A DNA stretch of 29,145 nucleotides from Octopus sinensis (Eukaryota): NCBI RefSeq assembly GCF_006345805.1, contig NW_021833187.1, forward strand, positions 1-29,145. Reading direction: 5' to 3'. Shown in pieces: positions 11,517-21,473 of the stretch; position 1 is the stretch's first letter, and each line of letters starts with the position of its first letter. Below the pieces are notes generated by a model. The model did no database searches, was not told where the DNA came from, and worked only from the letters and a program-made list of their open reading frames with translations. Made by a program: the position numbers and the translations under genes.

Positions 11517-13199
11517 CTATTTAAAGGCCAGATAAGTGTAACGCCGCCAATGGGGGCATCGAAAAGCCGACTGTAAGAGCCCGTTTACCATCCGGCCTCT
11601 GGCAAACAAAATATGGAAGAGTTCGGAGACACAAAGGTTGCACTGTCTTCTGCCCCTATCAAATGGGGGGCCACCGACAAAATTGACCATTCCAGCCTAT
11701 AGCTTAAGTTCGCATCCTTCAGTCGCCATATTAGCTTACTGAGTCCCGTGGTCTGGCGCTTGTTCACGTCCCGAAAAGTTGCGTAATGGTTGGAGACACG
11801 CAAAGACAATCTTGAGGATGATGCCCCCTATAAGTGAAGGCATCTGAGTCCGTGTAAACCTTGCATTGGTAGACGGCGTTTTTGATCTTGGAGTTCGCCG
11901 ACGTGAATCTTACTCTGCTAGGATTGGTTTCTGAAATTAGAACTGCGTTCCTGTCACTATATTCGTTCCGAGACCTGCAGCCGCTTACTACTCTATTTTC
12001 CACTACGTCACTATTAACTATAGGAATAACCCCTGATTCTCCACTATCTATCAGAGTGCTGTCATTGCTACTGCCCGTGGTACTGCTATTGCGGGAAATG
12101 ATGCTGGGGATGCTAAAGGGGCTCTCTACCCTACTCCCATTGTTACCATCAACCACAACACCCCTATTTATAACTATACCCCTCGTGGGTACTCCCTGGC
12201 TGGAGCTGAGATTATGTGTCACTGTACTGGCTCTCATATCATTATTACTACTATAATTACTCCTACTGAGCATTAAACCGGGAGCGGAAGAGGCTGTGCC
12301 TCCGGAAAAAGGTGATAGGGTCTTAGTAAGTAGCCTATTATTATGGGAGGCGATTATCTGGGCGAGGTTTTTAGTGTTGGAGAAAGCTATCCTAACTTTA
12401 TGTGAGTTAACCGTGGAGTAATATTTGGAATTTCTGGGGAAGTTATTGGCGATGGCTTGTCTAAACATGAGGGGGGGTTAGTTCTAATCTGCTTACCAAA
12501 GGTTACAAACCATATATGCTTATTCCTATCAGTGTGATGGGTCGGGACGCCAGCTCTCGCATTTGGGTGGGTGATTCTCGGATGAATAACGGGTCTTGGG
12601 TTAGTGTAAGACCTCCCGGACCGATAATTATCCTTGTTCGCTAAATTAAATGCGGGAGCGACTACCCCGGTATCCGCCGCGCTCCCGTCCTTACTTAAAA
12701 TGTTAATGTTATTATATACGGCCCTATCCTGATGACCGAATGATGGCATCGAAGGGCCGGATCAATATAAGTTACCTTCTGCCTATAACCGGCCTTGGAT
12801 AGTGCGGCGTTATAAAAATCCGCTTTCTGCATAAAATATCGGCACTGGCGGACAGGCCAGACAATCTTAGAGAGATGTTTTTAACCAAATTGTCTGTTAC
12901 GGTTTTGGCATGATTTGAGAAGACACTGACATACTTCAAATTAGTGGAAGCTTATGGTAAGGGCAGTATGAGTCGCTATTAAGGTTAAGTGTAACGTCTA
13001 GGAAATTAGCCTTGGTGAGTTCGTTATCAAAAACTATACTCATGCCCATTCTATTAAAAAACCTAGCTAACCTGCTCTTAGTTTTCTGCACTATTCTGTT
13101 CGTGGTGTTTTGCAGGTAAAACAGACAATCGTCACGATACAGGCCGCCCGCGATCTCCGGGAATTGATCGGACAATTCGTAGAGAATATATATTCCGAC
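11517..13199 (-). pseudogene. 5'-truncated PLE ORF (from RT VGIYILYE/LYRDD through thumb and GIY-YIG)
   Basis: ORF-track 12936-13241, 12387-12749, 11764-12468 and 11585-11809 match the C-terminal ~560 aa of the unit A protein. Stop TAG at 11519-11517. No start or N-terminal RT motifs. Confidence 0.88.
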
Positions 13200-13457
13200 A
13201 CACGTCTCTAAGTAGATTTTTTCTCGCCCCTTATAAAACATCCAATATTCTTTAAATAGTCAAACTTTATTATCGGTCACAAAAACATCTATACACCCTC
13301 ACCACATGGTTGACCGATGCCTGACCTGTTGAATTCTTCAGCCACCGGTTCTCAACATACACTGATAAACAGTTTCGCCATGGGCTCTTAGGAGCACAGT
13401 TCGATTTGTTTTTTGCTCTGCCTCTGTTCTGTTTTTGTTTTTCCAACGGATTTCCTT

Positions 13458-13547
13458 TTTTCTTCCTGAAGAGAAAGACACAATATGGTCCCATTATTCA
13501 ATCGGATTTTGGTAATTTGTGCCTTTCGAAACACGTGTAGAATGAAA
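13458..13547 (+). ncRNA. Type I hammerhead ribozyme in the upstream pseudo-LTR of unit C
   Basis: CTGAAGA 13466-13472; GAAA 13528-13531; CACGTG 13532-13537; T13538-A13539 cleavage site; stem I TTC/GAA plus TTTC/GAAA around a bulged T. Confidence 0.83.
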
Positions 13548-13805
13548 TAAAACGATTTCTGTTCAATCTGCGTTCAGCTCCATTTCTTCAATTCACCATA
13601 TAATGTTTTAATTTCAATTATCCGCACCAACGCACGGTTGCAACGCCAGATGGTTGTACCTCCAACCTGCTGTTCACTGCTGTGATTTTTGCTACTAAGG
13701 TATCGGTTAAACTTTTGATTAATCTACTACAAGATTATTCATCTTTCTATTTCACATAATACATACCGCTTCGTCAAGAAACTGCTACTTTAACCGACGC
13801 CAATA

Positions 13806-16481
13806 ATGGAGTTGTTCGAGATTGATGCATCCCTTAAGGATTTCCTATACCACCAAAGGATGCCTTCCTTAAGGAGTTGGTTTGTAAACCAACGCATTCA
13901 TAAACCGGATAAGATGGCTCATTTTCTTCCACGAGAACGAAGATCTAAAATCGAACGGACAACTGCATCGTCCGAATACGGCCGGCTTTTTGAAACATTG
14001 GATACGCCGCCACCGAACCCAAGACTGAAGAAGTTTGAGGACGACTTGTGGGACATAGTTAGAAAGATTAAGTTCAGGAAGTCACCCAGGAGAAATGCCC
14101 ACCTCAGATACCTAGATAAAATTACCAAGGACATTAATAGAACGGACGGAGTCCTGGTCCAGTCCGACAAGACCAGGAACACATACAAGATGCCCATTAA
14201 GCAGTACCTAGATTTACTCGGTAAAGATATCAAGAAAAATTATAGAAAAACCAATTGGAGTACCCTGAGGAAGGTAAACTTGGAAATTAAGGATATAATA
14301 TTTAACAAACCGAATTCAAATGAGAACTCAGCCGCTTAGCCCCAAGCAACCCAGATTTATAGTGAAGGACCATAAACCTAACTTCCACACCAACCCAGCG
14401 CTAAGACTCATATGCCCTGCTAGATCTGATATCGGATAATCAGTAAGTACATTTTAGATAAATATATCCCTAGTTTAGTAAACAAGCTGAAGCTCAGCTC
14501 TGGGCCAACTCCTCGCAGGTAGTGAAGTGGTTCTCTTCCATCCCCAATAAGAACCGTACTAGGTTCATTCAGTTTGATATCGCCAGCTTCTACCCCTCGA
14601 TTAACCCTAGTGTGCTAAATAAGGCCCTCTGGCATGCTCACAACAAGGCAGGCCTCACCAGAGAAGAGATAGATATCATTTTAGTTGCCAGGAAATCGTT
14701 TATTAAGTTTGATAATAAGCTGTGGATCCGTAAGGATACTCCCAATGAATTTGATGTGCCTATGGGTAGTTCGGATAGTGCGCAGATAGCCGATTTGGTC
14801 GGAATATATATTCTCTACGAATTGTCCGATCAATTCCCGGAGATCGCGGCGGCCTGTATCGTGACGATTGTCTGTTTTACCTGCAAAACACCACGAACAG
14901 AATAGTGCAGAAAACTAAGAGCAGGTTAGCTAGGTTTTTTAATAGAATGGGCATGAGTATAGTTTTTGATAACGAACTCACCAAGGCTAATTTCCTAGAC
15001 GTTACACTTAACCTTAATAGCGACTCATACTGCCCTTACCATAAGCCTTCCACTAATTTGAAGTATGTCAGTGTCTTCTCAAATCATGCCAAAACCGTAA
15101 CAGACAATTGGTTAAAAACATCTCTCTAAGATTGTCTGGCCTGTCCGCCAGTGCCGATATTTTTAATGCAGAAAGCGGATTTTTATAACGCCGCACTATC
15201 CAAGGCCGGTTATAGGCAGAAGGTAACTTATATTGATCCGGCCCTTCCGATGCCATCATTCGGTCATCAGGATAGGGCCGTATATAATAACATTAACATT
15301 TTAAGTAAGGACGGGAGCGCGGCGGATACCGGGGTAGTCGTCCCGCATTTAATTTAGCGAACAAGGATATTATCGGTCCGGGAGGTCTTACACTAACCCA
15401 AGACCCGTTATTCATCCGAGAATCACCCACCCAAATGCGAGAGCTGGCGTCCCGACCCATCACACTGATAGGAATAAGCATATATGGTTTGTAATCCCCT
15501 TTGGTAAGCAGATTAGAACTAACCTCCCCCTCATGTTTAGACAAGCCATCGCCAATAACTTCCCCAGAAATTCCAAATATTACTCCACGGTTAACTCACA
15601 TAAAGTTAGGATAGCTTTCTCCAACACTAAAAACCTCGCCCAGATAATCGCCTCCCATAATAATAGGCTACTTACTAAGACCCTATCACCTTTTTCCGGA
15701 GGCACAGCCTCTTCCGCTCCCGGTTTAATGCTCAGTAGGAGTAATTATAGTAGTATAATGATAATGAGAGCCAGTACAGTGACACATAATCTCAGCTCCA
15801 GCCAGGAGTACCCACGAGGGGTATAGTTATAAATAGGGGTGTTGTGGTTGATGGTAACAATGGAGTAGGGTAGAGAGCCCCTTTAGCATCCCCAGCATCA
15901 TTTCCCGCAATAGCAGTACCACGGGCAGTAGCAATGACAGCACTCTGATAGATAGTGGAGAATCAGGGGTTATTCCTATAGTTAATAGTGACGTAGTGGA
16001 AAATAGAGTAGTAAGCGGCTGCAGGTCTCGGAACGAATATAGTGACAGGAACGCAGTTCTAATTTCAGAAACCAATCCTAGCAGAGTAAGATTCACGTCG
16101 GCGAACTCCAAGATCAAAAACGCCGTCTACCAATGCAAGGTTTACACGGACTCAGATGCCTTCACTTATATGGGGCATCATCCTCAAGATTGTCTTTGCG
16201 TGTCTCCAACCATTACGCAACTTTTCGGGACGTGAACAAGCGCCAGACCACGGGACTCAGTAAGCTAATATGGCGACTGAAGGATGCGAACTTAAGCTAT
16301 AGGCTGGAATGGTCAATTTTGTCGGTGGCCCTCCCATTTGATAGGGGCAGAAGACAGTGCAACCTTTGTGTCTCCGAACTCTTCCATATTTTGTTTGCCA
16401 GAGGCGGATGGTAAACGGGCTCTTACAGTCGGCTTTTCGATGCCCCATTGGCGGCGTTACACTTATCTGGCCTTTAAATAG
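13806..16481 (+). CDS. PLE reverse transcriptase + GIY-YIG endonuclease (~890 aa), frameshifted as assembled
   Basis: ATG at 13806. FDIASFYPSI and PMGSSDS in ORF 14522-14905. YRDD codons TATCGTGACGAT at 14857-14868. GIY-YIG variant AVY (16122-16130)...YIG. CNLC and CPH near the end. Stop TAG 16479-16481. Span of 2676 nt, the same as unit A. Confidence 0.88.
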
Positions 16482-17087
16482 CGTTTATAAACAAGACCGG
16501 CACCCATAGCCCTTGGTAACAAATTCTGAAATAGATTTTAAGATATCTACAATTAACCACTGCAAGGGAATTACTCCTGTAAGACAAACGGGCTTGTTCT
16601 TTCACAGCGGGGGGTTCCTTGTCAAGGCAGGCTTGGATGAACACACACACACACACATAAAACATAATATATATATATAATTTCTTTATTTTTTTTTTTT
16701 TTCTTTCTGCCACCCAACGGTTATCACGGCAGTAGCCACTGACAGCCGAACGATCAAACGCACACACGTACAAAAAATGTTTTCTCCCCCTACGCCAACA
16801 ACACATATATAGAACAGTATACACACACACACGTCTCTAAGTAGATTTTTTCTCGCCCCTTATAAAACATCCAATATTCTTTAAATAGTCAGAACTTTAT
16901 TATCGGTCACAAAGAACATCTATACACCCTCACCACATGGTTGACCGATGCCTGACCTGTTGAATTCTTCAGCCACCGGTTCTCAACATACACTGATAAA
17001 CAGTTTCGCCATGGGCTCTTAGGAGCACAGTTCGATTTGTTTTTTGCTCTGCCTCTGTTCTGTTTTTGTTTTTCCACGGATTTCCTT

Positions 17088-17176
17088 TTTTCTTCCTGAA
17101 GAGAAAGACACATATGGTCCCATTATTCAATCGGATTTTGGTAATTTGTGCCTTTCGAAACACGTGTAGAATGAAA
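17088..17176 (+). ncRNA. Type I hammerhead ribozyme in the 3' pseudo-LTR of unit C
   Basis: CTGAAGA 17096-17102; stem II 17103-17112 with 17147-17156; GAAA 17157-17160; CACGTG 17161-17166; cleavage after A17168. Confidence 0.83.
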
Positions 17177-17424
17177 TAAAACGATTTCTGTTCAATCTGC
17201 GTTCAGCTCCATTTCTTCAATTCACCAATAATGTTTTATATATATATATATATATATACACTCTATGTAAATATACATGATATTGCTCCTGTCGATAATT
17301 AATGAGCGCCCACACACACACTCACACAAACACACACTCACATACACATACACACACGTGCACACATACAGACACACATATACACAACCAGGTATGTGTG
17401 CGCGATTGTTTATACGTGTGTATG

Positions 17425-17497
<73 letters not shown>

Positions 17498-17507
17498 ACA
17501 TATACAC

Positions 17508-17720
17508 ATATCCTTTATCTTTTACTTGCTTCATTCATGGGATTGCGGACATGCTGGGGCACCGCTTTTGAAGAGATAAGTCGATTAAATCTACCACGTT
17601 ATATATTTTCAAGTCTGTTGTTACTTATCCTATCGGTCTTTGAAAAGGGGACGTAAATAAAAATCACCAGTTGTCAAGCGGTGTTGGATGACCAATATAC
17701 ACAACCACAAATACACAAAA
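17508..17720 (-). mobile_element. SINE family I 3' half, degenerate
   Basis: Homologous to 1615-1800 (TTTTACTTGCTTC...CATGCTGGGGCACCGC...GGGACGTAAA...GTTGTCAAGCG). Confidence 0.7.
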
Positions 17721-17777
17721 ACTTATATACATGTATATGTGTATATATTTATAGATTTATATATAGATATGTAAATA

Positions 17778-17938
17778 GGCGCAGGCGTGGGTGTATTGGT
17801 AAGAAGCTTGCTTCCCAACGATTTTTTTCGGATTCAGTCCCACTGCGTGTCACCTTGGGCAAGTGTCTTCTACTATAGCTTCGGGCCGACCAAAGCCTTG
17901 TGTGTGGATTTGGCAGACGGAAACTGAAAGAAGCTTTC
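17778..17938 (+). mobile_element. SINE family I 5' half
   Basis: GGCGCAGGCGTGGGTGTATTGGTAAG...TTCAGTCCCACTGCGTGTCACCTTGGGCAAGTGTCTTC...GGAAACTGAAAGAAGC, ending in (TA)n. Confidence 0.8.
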
Positions 17939-18625
17939 ATATATATATATATCCTAACTCTTTACTTGACCTTTCCTCTCTGCCTGTCTGTCTTCCTCTC
18001 AACCTGTCTCTCTCCTTATTTTCACCCTTTCTGGTTTCTTTTCCTCTCTCTCTCTCTCTCACTCTTCCTCCTCTCTCTGGCCGCTGACCGGAGGACTAAC
18101 TTTCTTTCTGCACACTGCTTTCAACAAGTCAACGTCGGCTTTCTTCTGTCTTCCGCAAGCCAATCTTCAGAATTTTTCCACCGTCTAGGCTTAAAGAAAA
18201 GCTCTTATTGTTGGTTTCCTTGTCCTGTTTTTATTCTTTTTTTTGTAGTTTTTTTTTTCTTCCTTTGTATTGCTTTTACGTCCTGTTCTTGTCACTTGTT
18301 TTACCCCTCTGCAAAAGAATTTTATTTTATTCATTTTGCAGGAAGGACTCCTTCGAACGGACCGTGTTCTGCCCTTACCTTCGAAACACGCATTGAGTCG
18401 AAACAGGGGCAGCTGAAGAAGGGGAATGTTCCTTGTGTTGGTTGTCTTGTACTCTGTTTTTTTCGTTGTTAAAAAAAGTCCGTTTCCTTGTTTGGCTTTA
18501 TGTTTTCGTTTCTCGTTGTGTTCTATGTTTATTTGTGGTGTCCTGTACTCATATATGCATGTATATATACATATAGATGTAGGTATGTACATATATGTAT
18601 GTATGTATGCATATGTTTTATTTAT

Positions 18626-18656
<31 letters not shown>

Positions 18657-19279
18657 AGCGATCAAATATTGCGAGGAGTCTAACCGTTTAGGTACATGCT
18701 TTAGTGCCTTTGAAGTTGACGGTTATAGACGCAGCCGTGACTATAGGCTCAGTCGTAACTATTGGCGAAGGCGTGGCTGTGTAGAATAACTACCACACTT
18801 GAAAAATAAGTACTGGGGGTTGATTAATTCGACGAAATTTCTTCAAGGTGGTACTCCAGCATGGTTCGACTACCATCCGTGTAGCATCTCATATTCCTTC
18901 CAATGGCTTACACCTCCTGTGTTCCTGCCGTAAGGCTTCACTTCCACACACGCCAGCTTAATTTAATTCGTCCTTAGTTGAAAGACACCTGTTGTTAATG
19001 TCCTGTTGTTTGTATTTGTAATTGTGTACCATTTCTCCGTTTTTGTTGTCCTAGTGCTCTTAGCTTAGATTTTCTTGGGGCCGGCCAGATTAGGGCAGTC
19101 TCGAGAGTAACCGACCGAAACTTGGAAGACGATATGGTACTCGATTAAAGATTGAAAGCTCCGAATGACCCGTCTTTGTTTTTTCTCTCCTTTTTTTTCT
19201 ATCGTCTATCTGTCCGAATGTTTTGTTGTCGCCTGTTACGTTCTTGTTCCAGTTTTTGTTTTGGTTATATTTATATGGA

Positions 19280-19692
19280 GGCGCAGGAGTGGCTGTGTGG
19301 TAAGTAGCTTGCGTGCCAACCACATGATTCCGAGTTCAGTCCCACTGCGTGGCACCTTGGGCAAGTGTCTTCTACTGTAACCTCGGGCCGACTGAAGCCT
19401 TGTGAGTGGATTTGGTAGACGGAAACTGAAAGAAGCCCGTCGTATGCATATATATATATATATGTGTGTGTGTGGGTGTGTGTGTTTGCTTGTGTGTCTG
19501 TGTTTGTCCCCTACCATCGTTTGACAACCGATGTTTGTGTTTTTACGTCCCCGTAACTTAGCAGTTCGGCAAAAGAGAACGCTAGAATAAGTACTAGGCT
19601 TACAAAGTATGTCTTGGGGTCGATTTTCTCGACTAAAGACGGTGCTCCAGCATGGCTGCAGTCAAATGACTGAAACAAATAAAAGAATAAAA

Positions 19693-19696
<4 letters not shown>
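19280..19696 (+). mobile_element. tRNA-derived SINE, family I, full length
   Basis: A-box-like TGGCTGTGTGG, B-box-like GAGTTCAGTCC, CORE-like CACCTTGGGCAAGTG, internal (TA)/(TG) microsatellite and AAAAGAAT tandem tail. Confidence 0.9.
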
Positions 19697-19736
<40 letters not shown>

Positions 19737-20302
19737 AAAAAATTCAAAGTCTTACAGCTGTTTCTGGGATAACCCCGAGTATGACATATTCTGTCATCAG
19801 ACACAAATAGGGAAAAATAGAGAAAATGAGAATGGTATATATTAATGAGATGACGACATAGGAGTTGGAAAGAAAGAAGAAAAAAGATGCATAAAACTTC
19901 ATAGTTCAACTTTTCGAAGTTATAGAAACAAGAGCAAAAGTCCTTTGGTGCAATTCTACGTAGATCCATGTGGGTTAAAATACTAATAAAGTAGACATCC
20001 ACAGAAAAAAGATGTCAAGATATCAACGTTCAATAACAGAATGGTAGCGGAGGTGGTTATTATGTGGTAAAAGGAAAGACAAGAAAAGAATAGAAATAGA
20101 AAGGTAGATAGAGCGAGGGGGGGAGTGGAATTTAAGGATTGGCTTTAGGATAAAGTAAGGTGTATAGCTGTATGGAAATCTGCAATGGCTCCATAACTGC
20201 CGTCTCGGCTATAACCTTGGAGCCCCAGTAATCCGTTACAGCACTTACCTAGCGTACCTAAACGTTTAGATCACCTGTAAAGTAAACTCTCATATTTTGT
20301 GT

Positions 20303-20344
20303 ATATAGATAGATAGATAGATAGTCAGACAGACAGACAGAGAC

Positions 20345-20404
<60 letters not shown>

Positions 20405-20524
20405 TGGTAGATAGATAAATAATATATATATATAATATATTTTCCTGAGCGTCCAATAATAGTTTATTTGTTCCACGCCCTTGCGATGTTGTTTTTTGTT
20501 TATGTCTTCTTGTTTGGATTAACT

Positions 20525-20595
<71 letters not shown>

Positions 20596-20603
20596 AGAGA
20601 GAG

Positions 20604-20649
<46 letters not shown>

Positions 20650-20672
20650 GATGGATAGACAGACAGACAGAC

Positions 20673-20745
<73 letters not shown>

Positions 20746-20757
20746 TATAGATAGATT
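20303..20757. repeat. (GATA)n, (TA)n and (GA)n microsatellite cluster
   Basis: (GATA)n about 20303-20405 and 20645-20757; (TA)n/(GA)n about 20525-20645. Confidence 0.9.
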
Positions 20758-21473
20758 GAAAAATACATATACATGCACTCATACACACATATATGTGTTT
20801 GTATGTATATGCATAATTTTCAAATACATTAGTGTTTCCTTTTTGAAAAGCCTGCCAAAGGGCCCAACAGAAGCATCTAGAACGATATCGTAATATAATA
20901 TATCATGTAGTAGGTGGCATGACAACAGATAATCGACAGAGATATACGTTTAAAAATAATTACATTTGTATATCGTTCTTTCGGTTTGCGAGATATAATT
21001 ACATTTTTGGCAGACATATATGCATAAATATAAATATATTCATAGATTTTACCTGCGTCACCAGGCTACAAAAAAAAAAAATCAGTAAAAAAGAAAAAAA
21101 AAATAGAAAAAATATATCAGTATTCAAACTTGACTTTGCCTGAGGTATTTTATGAACTAAGCCAAAATGTCATGTAATTCTGATTCCATCTTTTGAGATT
21201 TAAAATAAAAAAAATCTTTACATCAAAGTGCTCCTCAATATTTTTGGAATTAATTACTAAAATACAGAATGGAAGTTATATAACAATAAATATTTTTCAA
21301 GTACAACAAACTGCACGAAAATGCACTATACATAAACCATAATACTTCAATTTTGTATCTGGTTTGAAACTTGATGTGAATTCATGTGTTGAAACAGATT
21401 CTGCTGTATCTCGGGACGGTCATTATGCCAATAATAAGCACATGCACTGGTTCTATTTTACTTCTTATTATTA

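Larger units (their letters stand above)
10599..13199 (-). mobile_element. PLE unit B: 5'-truncated tandem copy whose 3' UTR is the upstream pseudo-LTR of unit A
   Basis: Near-identical to 6968-9568. Identity with A ends at ...ATATATTCCGAC (13199), inside the RT domain. Confidence 0.9.
6968..17238. mobile_element. Composite Penelope-like element (Naiad-type): minus-strand full unit A + tandem 5'-truncated unit B + inverted plus-strand unit C, inserted in (TA)n
   Basis: 6968-9540 is directly repeated from 10599 to 13199 (period ~3631 bp). 13198-17238 is the reverse complement of 7119-11163. All units encode the same RT/GIY-YIG protein. Both outer ends abut (TA)n (6932-6967 and 17239-17258). 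A partial tandem plus an inverted copy is the known PLE insertion architecture. Confidence 0.93.
13198..17238 (+). mobile_element. PLE unit C: inverted copy with partial upstream pseudo-LTR, full ORF and 3' pseudo-LTR
   Basis: Reverse complement of 7119-11163. 13198-13610 is repeated at ~16827-17238. It ends at AATGTTTTA followed by (TA)n. Confidence 0.9.

Noticed and set aside
8420-16117. Antisense ORFs over the PLE (e.g. 11882-12256 +, 124 aa; 10256-10570 +; 13919-14233 -; 15827-16117 -)
   Set aside because: These are shadows of the RT ORF with no recognisable motifs; their repetition reflects the element copies, not independent selection.
13806-16481. Selenoprotein-type Naiad (in-frame UGA plus SECIS)
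   Set aside because: The reconstructed frame has no in-frame TGA; all Cys are TGC/TGT and the stop is TAG.
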